NCBI GenBank assembly: GCA_964016885.1
Contig: OZ024752.1
Span: forward strand, 7,006,001-7,070,000
Direction of reading: 5' to 3'
DNA length: 64,000 bases
From: Eledone cirrhosa
Taxonomy: Eukaryota
Part shown: positions 40,900 through 52,889 of the stretch, piece by piece
How positions within the stretch are numbered: the first letter of the stretch is position 1
Layout of the letters: every line of letters starts with the position of its first letter
The notes under the pieces: generated by a model
Told to the model about the DNA's origin: nothing
Database searches by the model: none
Seen by the model: only the letters and a program-made list of their open reading frames with translations
Made by a program: the position numbers and the translations under genes

Positions 40900-42243
40900 T
40901 CATGTCAGAGGTGTGACTGTACTCACCACACTTGGTCAACTGTGGGTTGGTGAGGTTATTTAACCCATAGTTGGGGTAGATGGTCATGTGAGGGGTGTGA
41001 CTGTACTCACCACACTTGATCAACTGTGGGTTGGTGAGGTTATTTAACCCATAGTTGGGGTGGATGGTCATGTCAGGGGTGTGACTGTACTCACCACACT
41101 TGGTCAACTGTGGGTTGGTGAGGTTATTTAACCCATAGTTGGGGTAGATGGTCATGTCAGAGGTGTGACTGTACTCACCACACTTGGTCAACTGTGGGTT
41201 GGTGAGGTTATTTAACCCATAGTTGGGGTGGATGGTCATGTCAGGGGTGTGACTGTACTCACCACACTTAGTCAACTGTGGGTTGGTGAGGTTATTTAAC
41301 CCATAGTTGGGGTAGATGGTCATGTCAGGGGTGTGACTGTACTCACCACACTTAGTCAACTGTGGGTTGGTGAGGTTATTTAACCCATAGTTGGGGTAGA
41401 TGGTCATGTTAGGGGTGTGACTGTACTCACCACACTTGGTCAACTGTGGGTTGGTGAGGTTATTTAACCCATAGTTGGGGTAGATGGTCATGTGAGGGGT
41501 GTGACTGTACTCACCACACTTAGTCAACTGTGGGTTGGTGAGGTTATTTAACCCATAGTTGGGGTAGATGGTCATGTCAGGGGTGTGACTGTACTCACCA
41601 CACTTAGTCAACTGTGGGTTGGTGAGGTTATTTAACCCATAGTTGGGGTAGATGGTCATGTCAGGGGTGTGACTGTACTCACCACACTTAGTCAACTGTG
41701 GGTTGGTGAGGTTATTTAACCCATAGTTGGGGTAGATGGTCATGTCAGGGGTGTGACTGTACTCACCACACTTGGTCAACTGTGGGTTGGTGAGGTTATT
41801 TAACCCATAGTTGGGGTAGATGGTCATGTCAGGGGTGTGACTGTACTCACCACACTTAGTCAACTGTGGGTTGGTGAGGTTATTTAACCCATAGTTGGGG
41901 TAGATGGTCATGTCAGGGGTGTGACTGTACTCACCACACTTAGTCAACTGTGGGTTGGTGAGGTTATTTAACCCATAGTTGGGGTAGATGGTCATGTTAG
42001 GGGTGTGACTGTACTCACCACACTTGGTCAACTGTGGGTTGGTGAGGTTATTTAACCCATAGTTGGGTGGATGGTCATGTCAGGGGTGTGACTGTACTCA
42101 CCACACTTAGTCAACTGTGGGTTGGTGAGGTTATTTAACCCATAGTTGGGGTAGATGGTCATGTCAGGGGTGTGACTGTACTCACCACACTTGGTCAACT
42201 GTGGGTTGGTGAGGTTATTTAACCCATAGTTGGGGTGGATGGT
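40900..42243. repeat. 84-bp minisatellite, ~16 copies, inside a dispersed repeat
   Basis: 28-aa periodic ORF; flanks homologous to 1825..2020. Confidence 0.97.
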
Positions 42244-42449
42244 TGTTGACTCTGAGGAGTTCATCCACCCTTTTAACAACTCTTGTCTTTTGTACTTAGA
42301 TGTGAAATGAAATTCCAACTGGTTATTGTTTTCTCTCCATTTCTTAAGAGAGATTAAGTTAGAAACTAAAAACCCCGAGGAACTAATTCCACCAAAACAA
42401 AATAAATATAATAAACAAAAGTAAACTGAAAGTGAAAGTAAACTTTTAC

Positions 42450-42485
42450 CTGGCACTAAATTACGTCTTTGATGTTTGTACTTAC
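42450..42485 (-). CDS. Candidate 36-nt micro-exon or recursive splice site of an unidentified host gene
   Basis: ttcttatattttcAG|GTAAGTACAAACATCAAAGACGTAATTTAGTGCCAG|GTaaaa; only the phase 1-1 frame is open: (G)KYKHQRRNLVP(G). Confidence 0.4.
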
Positions 42486-42654
42486 CTGAAAATATAAGAA
42501 ATATAAATATATAAATATTGTGAAATGAATTATTTCATTAATTAACACACAAAAAGACAAAATCAGAAGTGTATGTCATTTAAAGGAGGAGGTGGAAATG
42601 GCTGGTTTAACGGGTAATTCTGGCTATTCTCTATGGCAGAAGACCCCCCCCCCC

Positions 42655-42925
42655 CCCCTCAACCACCAGGACAATACCAGTCCATGGATCATTTGTTACC
42701 GGGCCGCAAAGAAATAATTAACTTGTTTAAAATTATATAATAAAGAAATTGAATATTGGACTTAAATTTTAAAGAAATGTTTAAATATCCAATATTCATC
42801 TACTCAAGACACTTTTTCGTCCCTTTAATAAATTGCTCTCTTCATTAAATACACTTAAATAACACACGTGTAACTTGCGGTCCGCAGAAAGCATGAAGCC
42901 GATCCATGGTATAAAAAAGATATGG
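42655..42925 (+). mobile_element. Possible hAT-Charlie-like MITE
   Basis: ccagtccatggatcatttgttaccgggccgca ... tgcggtccgc...gatccatggtataaaaaag resembles MER1/Charlie-type subtermini (from memory). Confidence 0.45.
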
Positions 42926-43749
42926 CAGTTTTTTTGTGTAGCACATTTAAAGAAGGAGGTGGAAATGGCTGATTTAGCGGTTACTGCTGGCTGCTCTCTA
43001 TGGCAATGTCTTTACCATCTTGTGTACAGAACACAGCTGAGATATACCACATAGTCAAGAGTGCAGAGTTTAGCCACAACATCACCTTTTCCAATATCAG
43101 TCCAAATAGACGTTTTGTAAATTTGCTTCTTGTTAGAAACATGAAAACCAAAACAGAGTTAAAGAAACTAATATTTGTTTTGGTATCGCAATAGGCAATC
43201 ATGTGTAGTGTGTGCACTAAATACATTTTATAGAGGAACCACTTCACTATAAAAAAAATTCCTGAAGCAAAGATTTTAAATTTAAGGAAAATAAAAAGCT
43301 ATTTTAAAAGGAAATTAAAATTTATTTTTATAATTGCTGTTGATAGTTTAACTCTTATTTGTTATTTCAATAAATTAAAAGACATATGGTATATATAAAC
43401 TAACTACACCCATTCTTGTATGAATATTTAATAACTTTCTCAGTTTAAAATCAGATTTTAACCATAAACAATTAATATTAGATGAGAACAATTTTGGACT
43501 AAATGAATAAGAATAAGGTTTGTAGCCAATGTTAGGAATGGAAATGAAGTTTCATTTCATCACCTTGTAATGGCGCCAGTTCTCCCTGCTAACAACCGAT
43601 GGAAGTTTAGAGAAGTAACATTATTGAAGTAATATGACTAAACCCCAAAATATGACAAGAATTCTAAAAGAGGGTTGTGAAGAAAAATAACTTTTTAAAA
43701 GCCCCTAAACGAAGGGGAAGAAATCAGAAAATAAATATTAAGTTTCTAA

Positions 43750-43794
<45 letters not shown>

Positions 43795-43939
43795 TTCCAA
43801 ACGCCTAGTTTACGTAATATGTAATATCATTACCTAACATTCTGCACATGACTGCACCTTTCGATGCATGACATATTGGGATCATGGAAACAGTTATAGC
43901 AGTCCAGGTATCATCTAAGCCCCCAAAAGTCATCTTCCT

Positions 43940-45308
43940 CACAGTAAAGGCTTTACCTCACATAATATCTCCCATAACATTTACATTACTCTATATATAC
44001 TATTGTATTGTCACAGTAAAGGCTTTACCTCACATAATATCTCGCATAACATTTACATTACTCTATATATACTATTGTATTTTCACAGTAAAGGCTTTAC
44101 CTCACATAATATCTCACATAACATTTACATTACTCTATATATACTATTGTATTTTCACAGTAAAGGCTTTACCTCACATAATATCTCACATAACATTTAC
44201 ATTACTCTATATATACTATTGTATTTTCACAGTAAAATCTTTACCTCACATAATATCTCACATAACATTTACATTACTCTATATATACTATTGTATTTTC
44301 ACAGTAAAGGCTTTACCTCACATAATATCTCACATAACATTTACATTACTCTATATATACTATTGTATTTTCACAGTAAAGGCTTTACCTCACATAACAT
44401 TTACATTACTCTATATATACTATTGTATTTTCACAGTAAAGTCTTTACCTCACATAATATCTCACATAACATTTACATTACTCTATATATACTATTGTAT
44501 TGTCACAGTAAAGGCTTTATCTCACATACTATCTCACATAACATTTACATTACTCTATATATACTATTGTATTGTCACAGTAAAGGCTTTACCTCACATA
44601 ATATCTCACATAACATTTACATTACTCTATATATACTATTGTATTTTCACAGTAAAGGTTTTACCTCACATAATATCTCACATAACATTTACATTACTCT
44701 ATATATACTATTGTATTTTCACAGTAAAGGCTTTATCTCACATACTATCTCACATAACATTTACATTACTCTATATATACTATTGTATTTTCACAGTAAA
44801 GGCTTTACCTTACATAATATCTCACATAACATTTACATTACTCTATATATACTATTGTATTTTCACAGTAAAGGCTTTACCTTACATAATATCTCACATA
44901 ACATTTACATTACTCTATATATACTATTGTATTTTCACAGTAAAGGCTTTACCTTACATAATATCTCACATAACATTTACATTACTCTATATATACTATT
45001 GTATTTTCACAGTAAAGGCTTTACCTCACATATCTCACATAACATTTACATTACTCTATATATACTATTGTATTGTCACAGTAAAGGCTTTATCTCACAT
45101 ACTATCTCACTTAACATTTACATTACTCTATATATACTATTGTATTTTCACAGTAAAGGCTTTACCTCACATAATATCTCACATACCATTTACATTACTC
45201 TATATATACTATTGTATTTTCATGGTAAAGGCTTTACCTCACATAATATCTCACAGCATTTACATTACTCTATATATACTATTGTATTTTCATGGTAAAG
45301 GCTTTACG
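43940..45308. repeat. 72-bp minisatellite, ~19 copies, derived from MITE P1
   Basis: acagtaaaggc at 43941, 44013 and onward; same unit inside the MITE at 49253..49907. Confidence 0.97.
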
Positions 45309-45312
45309 TCAC

Positions 45313-46603
45313 ATGGTGGGAGTGGCAGTGGTGGTGTTGATGGTGGGAGTGGTGGTGGTGGGAGTGGTGGTAGTGGTGGGAATGGTGTTGGGTGGTGGTG
45401 GGGATGGTGGTGGGTGGTGGGGGTGGGAATGGTGGTGGGTGGTGGGATGGTGGTGGGTGGTGGGATGGTGGTGAGTGGTGGTGGGATTGGTGGTGGGATG
45501 GTGGTGAGTGGTGGTGGTGGTAGGTGGTGGTGATGGTGGTGGTGGTGGTGGTGATGGTGGTGGTGGTGGTGATGGTGGTGGTGGTGGGAATAGTGGTGGT
45601 GGTGGGAATGGCGGTGGTGGGAGTGGCGGCGGTGGTGGGAGTGGCGGTCGTGGTGGGAATGGTGTTGGGTGGTGGTGGGAATGGTGGTGGGTGGTGGTGA
45701 GTGGTGGTGGGATTGGTGGTGGGATGGTGGTGGTAGGTGGTGAGTGGTGGTGGTGGTGTTGTAGGTGGTGGTAGGTGGTGGTAGGTGGTGGTAGGATGGT
45801 GGGATGGTGGTGTTGGAGGTGGTGGTGGTAGGTGGTGGTGGTGGGTGGTGGAGGTGGTGGAGGTGGTGGTGGAGGTGGCAGTGGAGGAGGAGGTGGTGGT
45901 GGTGGCAGTGGAGGAGGAGGTGGTGGTGGTGGCAGTGGAGGAGGAGGTGGTGGTGGCAGTGGAGGAGGAGGTGGTGGTGGCAGTAGAGGTGGTGGTGGTG
46001 GCAGTAGAGGTGGTGGCAGTAGAGGTGGTGGTGGTGGCAGTGGAGGTGGTGGCGGTGGAGGAGGTGGCAGTAGATGTGGTGGTGGTGGCAGTGGAGGTGG
46101 TGGTGGTGGTGGCAGTGGAGGTGGTGGCAGTGGAGGTGGTGGAGGTGGCAGTAGATGTGGTGGTGGTGGCAGTAGAGGTGGTGGTGGTGGCAGTAGAGGT
46201 GGTGGTGGTGGCAGTAGAGGTGGTGGTGGTGGCAGTGGAGGTGGTGGTGGTGGTGGCAGTGGAGGTGGTGGTAGTGGAGGAGGTGGTGGTGGTGGCAGTG
46301 GAGGTGGTGGCAGTGGAGGAGGTGGCAGTAGAGGTGGTGGTGGTGGCAGTAGAGGTGGTGGTGGTGGCAGTGGAGGTGGTGGCGGTGGAGGAGGTGGCAG
46401 TAGAGGTGGTGGTGGTGGCAGTAGAGGTGGTGGTGGTGGCAGTGGAGGTGGTGGTGGTGGCAGTGGAGGTGGTAGTAGATGTGGTGGTGGTGGCAGTAGA
46501 GGTGGTGGTGGTGGCAGTAGAGGTGGTGGTGGTGGCAGTGGAGGTGGTGGTGGTGGCAGTAGAGGTGGTGGTGGTGGCAGTAGAGGTGTTGGAGGTGATG
46601 GAG
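45313..46603. repeat. (GGT)n-rich compound microsatellite
   Basis: Direct inspection. Confidence 0.95.
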
Positions 46604-46808
46604 TGTCAATTAAATCAACCCCAGACTTTCCTACTTTATCTAATCAACCGTGACAAAATGAAAGTCAAAGTTAACCTTGGTTGGGTTTCAATTGAGAACA
46701 TCAAAAACAGCAGACAATATCTTCTGACATCTTAAATTTACTCCACAGAAACCAGATTATAGAAACTCATTTGATCGTGGCTTCCCGCAGGGAAATATAG
46801 TGTGTGTA

Positions 46809-46874
<66 letters not shown>

Positions 46875-46912
46875 ATATAGTAAATGTGAAGACTAAAATC
46901 CAAAGATAAGGA

Positions 46913-46969
46913 TAAAGTTTCAGAAGATCCCGTTAAGGATGAAAGCAGCGATTCTTTGCTTAAACTTTA
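46913..46969 (+). ncRNA. Degenerate type I hammerhead-like motif
   Basis: TAAAGTTT-CAGAAGA-TCC-cgttaa-GGA-t-GAAA-GCA-9nt-TGC-TT-AAACTTTA; AATAAA at 46982. Confidence 0.5.
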
Positions 46970-47038
46970 ATCTGTTATTTTAATAAAAATATATATATAT
47001 GTATATATGTATATATATATATGTGTATGTGTGTGTGT

Positions 47039-47081
<43 letters not shown>

Positions 47082-47294
47082 CGTATATGTATGTGTGTGT
47101 GTGTGTATGTGTGTGTGTGTTTGTGTATGTATGTGTATGTGTGGGTGTGTATGTATGTATGTATGTATGTATGTATGTATGTCACTCGTTCAGCGCATCG
47201 GTAGGGGTTCTCCTACATGGATATAAAATAGTGGCCGTACTCGAAAACGAGTTGGCAGCCGCCATATGTATGTATATATATTATATATATAAAT

Positions 47295-47928
47295 ACATGA
47301 ACGGCAAAGCATAAATGAACTAAGTGAGAAATTAGGAATAAGAGGGATCAGATGCTGTTTACTCGAGAGAAGACTACGTTGGTATGGTCACGTGATGCGC
47401 ATGAAAGACGACAGCTGTATAACAAAGTGCAGGGCGATCAAAATAGATGGTAGCCACGGAGTAGGCAGACCCAGAAAAACCTGGGACGAGCTGATAAACT
47501 CCGACATCACACACTTACACCTCTCCAAGACAATGTCACTGGACCGAGATCTTTGGTGCTACACAGTAATACAGAAGACCCGCCTTGCCTGAGTTCAAAG
47601 TGAAACCTAGTCAGTAGCCTCCTCCTAACCAAAATACACCCCCACCCCACTACCCTTACCCCCATCTACACCTACAGTTATGTCGGTGCCACAACATCCA
47701 GTCCTAAATAAATGAGGTCGTGTAGGTGTCACGACAAAAAAAAAAAAAACACACAGTCCACGCTGTAATGTGGCCGTGTAGGTAAGACGCTAAAAACTTC
47801 CCAGTCCACACTGTAAACGTGGTTGGTTTTAGGAAGGGCATCCAGCCGTAGAAATCAAGCCAGAATCAGTTCCCATCCCACCCTTGCAAGCAGGGAAAAG
47901 CGGACATAAAAGGATGATGATGATGATA
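47295..47928 (+). mobile_element. RTE family A 3' fragment carrying a SINE/family B-type tail
   Basis: ORF end MRMKDDSCITKCRAIKIDG matches family A; the terminal ~80 nt match 56445..56520 (minus strand) and, for the last ~45 nt, family B. Confidence 0.88.
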
Positions 47929-47973
47929 TATATATATTGGAAAATGTGTGAAATCCTTGGTACAGTTAGGTAT

Positions 47974-48099
47974 ATTTGAAAAAAAGGAAGAGAATGACTT
48001 CACTTGTAGTTCTAAACAATTTGATTTAATTTTATAATATAATATTAAATCAAATTGTTTAGAACTACAAGTGAAGTCATTCTTTTCCTTTTTTCAAAT
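47974..48099. repeat. Fold-back inverted repeat, ~56-bp arms
   Basis: gaatgacttcacttgtagttctaaacaatttgatttaat / attaaatcaaattgtttagaactacaagtgaagtcattc. Confidence 0.95.
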
Positions 48100-48132
<33 letters not shown>

Positions 48133-48751
48133 AATTTGTTTGTTATATGAAATTGTATGTTGAAACAAATGTTATATTTGGGGAGGGTCATATTATAATA
48201 TTGCCAGAAATATAAAATAAAACACACTGTGTTTCAAGAAGTGAATTTGTTCTGCTGTAATAATAATAAGAATTTTTATTATTATAACAACAAGCAATAA
48301 TAAACAAAAAACTGATGTATTGAGAAGTTTTGTGATAATGAGACAATATTTACTTTTACAACCCATCTTAACACCTCCACACACACACACACACACTCTC
48401 AATCACTCACACACACACACACACAATCACTCACACACTCACACACGCCTTCTCTCTCTCTCACTCCACCCCACCCACACACACATTAGCCAAACTGATA
48501 TTTCCTGTTATATCTTTATCTGATATCTAAATTACTATGATACCACACACATACATACACAGATACACACTTAAACTACTGATACCACACACACACATCT
48601 AAACAACTATGATATCACACACACACATCTGATATCACACAGTCATGTTGATATCTCTATTATCAATAGTGTTTTTATATCCATATTAACTGATAATACA
48701 ACAATGATAAATGTCTCCAAGACATTTTATTGCATCATTTATTGGGGGTTG

Positions 48752-49182
48752 GTCTCACATCCTACAACAGGCTCTCGGACTGCTAGAAATAGCAGCTAGT
48801 CTCACATCCTACAACAGGCTCTCGGACTGCTAGAAATAGCAGCTAGTCTCACATCCTACAACAGGCTCATAAAACTGGTGATTGACCTGCTAGAAATACC
48901 AGCTAGCCTATCTCATATCCTACAGTCACTTGGACTGCTAGAAATAGCAGCTAGCCTCTCTCACATCCTACAGTCACTTGGATTGCTAGAAATAGTAGCT
49001 AGCTTCTCTCAATCCTATAATCACTTGGAGTGCTAGAAATAGCAGCTAGCCTCTCTCACATCCTACAATCACTTGATCTGCTAGAAATAGCAGCTAGCCT
49101 CTCTCACATCCTACAGTTCATAAAACAAGTGAGCAGTCATCTACAGAGTCACTCGGACTGCTAGAAATAGCAGCTAAATCTG
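48752..49182. repeat. Degenerate ~47-bp tandem array (ctgctagaaatagcagctag core)
   Basis: Core recurs about 8 times; related single copy near 54368..54410. Confidence 0.85.
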
Positions 49183-49252
49183 ATCCTTTTGCTATCGACT
49201 CGGTCAAAACAGACTAGTACAATGAAACAAGACCATTTTAAAGGGTTCTTAT

Positions 49253-49907
49253 TTAACCCTTTAACATTTACATTACTCTATATATACTATTGTATTGTCA
49301 CAGTAAAGGCTTTACCTCACATAATATCTCACATAACATTTACATTACTCTATATATACTACTGTATTTTCACAGTAAAGGCTTTACCTCACATAATATC
49401 TCACATAACATTTACATTACTCTATATATACTATTGTATTGTCACAGTAAAGGCTTTACCTCACATAATATCTCACATAACATTTACATTACTCTATACT
49501 ACTGTATTTTCACAGTAAAGGCTTTACCTCACATAATATCTCACATAGCATTTACATTACTCTATATATACTATTGTATTTTCACAGTAAAGGCTTTACC
49601 TCACATAATATCTCACATAGCATTTACATTACTCTATATATACTATTGTATTTTCACAGTAAAGGCTTTACCTCACATAATATCTCACATAACATTTACA
49701 TTACTCTATATATACTATTGTATTTTCACAGTAAAGGCTTTACCTCACATAATATCTCACATAATATCAAAAATATGAGATTTTGATATTATTTATTTTG
49801 AGAACAATACTTTAACATAATATGAGTGGCCAGTTACAGCCGGTTTGAATAGAAAGAGGTGAGAGAATTCTGGCTGGATACGGCCAGTTTAAATACTAAA
49901 GGATCAA
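49253..49907 (-). mobile_element. MITE P1 with an internal 72-bp expansion (~7 units)
   Basis: TTAAccctttaacattta start; distal part is the reverse complement of 34122..34260. Confidence 0.88.
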
Positions 49908-50470
49908 AGTAAAATTTTCCACCATATAAGAACAATATGTGAATTTACTATCTTAGTAACAACATTTTAGTAAATCCTTCAAAATTCTTCAAAGATTGAA
50001 ATAGAAGCTAGTTTATTAGAAATACACCCACAAAAGGAATATCTCAGTTAATGTACAAAGTCATATAGGAACATTAGAATTAATCCATCTTTACAATAAC
50101 TGAAATTATTCTGTTATGGGGTTGAACATAAGAAAGGCATCCGGCCATAGAAACCAGGCCAGAACTGGACATGACATGTAGGACTCTGGTCTATTGGTGA
50201 GAGGATAGTAACTGATTAGGTACCAACTTGGTCCACAGTAACCAGTCCAACCCATGCGAGCATGGAAAAAAAACGAACATAAAATAATGATTAAATTTTA
50301 TAAATTGATTGGCAGTATGACCTTCCAAAAGCACAGCAAGTTTATAAACTGATTTCTTTGGGGTTTTTTTTTTGCTGACGGAATATATATTTTTATTTAA
50401 TTCTAGAGTTTTTTGTTGTTTTTTAGTTTGCTAACTGTGACACAGTGCTACCTAAATTGTACATATCTAC

Positions 50471-50524
50471 CTTTATCTGATACCAGGTGTGAGGATGACA
50501 CATACAGAGAACCAGCTGTTGGGC
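50471..50524 (-). CDS. Candidate 54-nt phase 1-1 exon
   Basis: tattttctctAG|...GATAAAG|GTagat; (G)PTAGSLYVSSSHLVSDK(G). Confidence 0.3.
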
Positions 50525-50597
50525 CTAGAGAAAATATATCACACAGACTAGAGGAAATATATTGATAACCAGTTGATTGGGTATTGACCCCAAACAA

Positions 50598-51120
50598 ACA
50601 AATGAAAGAACAGTGGTAGATATTAGGGGGTGGGTTATATACAAATGAAAGAACGGTGGTAGATATTAGGGGGAGGGTTATATACAAATGAAAGACCAAT
50701 GGTAGATATTAGGAGGTGGGTTATATACAAATGAAAGAACGGTGGTAGATATTACAGGGTGGGTTATATACAAATGAAAGAACAGTGGTAGATATTAGGA
50801 GGTGGGTTATATACAAATGAAAGAACGGTGGTAGATATTAGGGGGAGGGTTATATACAAATGAAAGACCAATGGTAGATATTAGGAGGTGGGTTATATAC
50901 AAATGAAAGAACGGTGGTAGATATTACAGGGTGGGTTATATACAAATGAAAGAACAGTGGTAGATATTAGGGGGTGGGTTATATACAAATGAAAGAACGG
51001 TGGTAGATATTAGGGGGTGGGTTATATACAAATGAAAGAACGGTGGTAGATATTAGGGGGTGGGTTATATACAAATGAAAGACCAGTGGTAGATATTACA
51101 GGGTGGGTTATATACAAATA
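50598..51120. repeat. 43-bp minisatellite, ~12 copies
   Basis: acaaatgaaagaacggtggtagatattagggggtgggttatat at 50598, 50641 and onward. Confidence 0.96.
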
Positions 51121-51193
51121 TATATCAATATATTCTGATTGTCAGAATTTTAACTTCTTAAGGAATTCCAAGAAATGAATAGGAAATATGTAG

Positions 51194-51284
<91 letters not shown>

Positions 51285-51406
51285 CCTTTATTTTCCCCGG
51301 AAGAAGAGATATTAATCTCAAAATATCAGGACATATGAATAAATTAAGGCATGACACAAAATTGAAGAAATATATTAGTTTAATGCTTGGAATAGTAGGA
51401 AAAGTG

Positions 51407-51442
51407 TCTTTATGTTTCAGACACTAGTCCTTCATCAAAAGA
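51407..51442 (-). ncRNA. Minimal hammerhead-like motif (Penelope pLTR type)
   Basis: Minus strand TCTT-TTGATGA-a-GGAC-tagt-GTCT-GAAA-ca-TA-AAGA. Confidence 0.55.
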
Positions 51443-51704
51443 TAGAGTTAGAAATAGAAGATAAATAGAAAGAAAAGAGTGAGAAGAGGAAGGAAGGGGG
51501 GAAAACGAGGGGAAAAAGGAGATATATATATAATATACATCATATACTTTTAGGTCTCAAATAATGCAGTGGGGTTGAACCCAGGACCTCGTTATTACAA
51601 AACAAACTTCATAACCACTCAGTTTATGTAGATACAGTATAGTTAGGATTACATTTATCTTTCCTCTTTCAGTTTTTTTCAGGGAGGGGGCAGTAGGGTA
51701 TGAT

Positions 51705-51874
51705 TTAACCCTTTAGCATTTAAACCAGCCATATCTGGCTGCTCATACTGACGTTAAGGTATTGTTCTCAAAATGAATAATATCAAAATCTCAGATTCGA
51801 TATTATGTGAGATAAAGCCTTTACCACAAAAACACTAATATGTATAGAGAGTAATATAAATGCTAAAGGGTTAA
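51705..51874 (+). mobile_element. MITE P1 (internally deleted)
   Basis: TTAA plus perfect 14-bp TIRs CCCTTTAGCATTTA / TAAATGCTAAAGGG plus TTAA. Confidence 0.92.
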
Positions 51875-52208
51875 GGAAGATTTGACTGCTATTTCTAACA
51901 GGCTTAGCAACTATGTAGTAATTCGTTTTACCAATATATTCAACAGGCTTCTATAAGGCTTCTGTCTACCCAATTTTTCTACAAGTAAAAACACTTGTCC
52001 GAGACTGATTAATCTCCAGACAGTAAATTTCTTAACCTCTCAAGCATGACCGTGTTGTGATATGTTGAGCTAGATATATCTAACACTAACAAGTATGACC
52101 CACATATGTGTTAACAGCTGTATGATCCATTTTGAATGACAAGTGTGAGTGGATGTTCTGATTCACACAAGACTAAGAAATTCAGCTAGGTAAAAGTTGA
52201 GTAATTCT

Positions 52209-52437
52209 TTAACCCTTTAGCATCTAAACCAGCCATATCTGGCCAAAATTCTCTCACCTCTTTCTGTTCAAACCAGCTGCAACTGGCCGCTCAAACTTAT
52301 GTTAAGGTATTGCTCTCAAAATAAATAATATGACAGTCTTGTAGATTTGATATTATGTGAGATAATAATGTGAAATAAATTGTTTACTGTTAAAATACAG
52401 CAGTAAATATAGATTAATGTAAATGCTAAAGGGTTAA
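52209..52437 (+). mobile_element. MITE P1
   Basis: TTAA ends, same TIRs and internal sequence as 34122..34344. Confidence 0.92.
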
Positions 52438-52889
52438 ATGAAACCTCTGTGAAAACTGCTGAGAAAAAAAAATTGTGGTCTGTTGTTGAATTTTTAATTT
52501 TTTCAAGAAAATGTAAACATTTTTATTTGTTATTTTCTCTCTAATCCTGTAACTTCTAATGTAGTCGTAGATGCGCCATATTGACTTACAGCATTTCTAG
52601 GGCATTTTAAACCTGACAGAGCCCATCTCCTCCCCAGGCCTGAATACAGCAGATTTCTTCCAGAGAGTGAGAGAATGAAAGTGAGAAAGAGATATAGAAG
52701 AAGAATTGACCCCAGTACTAGACTGGTACTTTTTTATCAAGTTGACCTTGGAAGGATTTGAACTCAGAGAGAAGAGAGTTGGAAGAAATACTGCAAAGTA
52801 TTCTATCTGCCAATTCACGACCTCATTTGTTATTTTACCTACAGAATTTAGTAAAATCTACCAAGTTATAAGTAAATTGTGGCAACCAA

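Noticed and set aside
42981-43247. Short overlapping ORFs in unique sequence
   Set aside because: No recognisable domain or splice signals; lengths expected by chance.
36269-46735. Gly-, Pro-, His- or Val-rich ORFs resembling structural proteins (36269-36893, 45290-46735)
   Set aside because: Several frames are open because of (GGT)n; no signal peptide or splice context.
47181-47263. HDV-like ribozyme on the minus strand
   Set aside because: P1- and P2-like pairings exist but there is no room for P3/L3 or P1.1.
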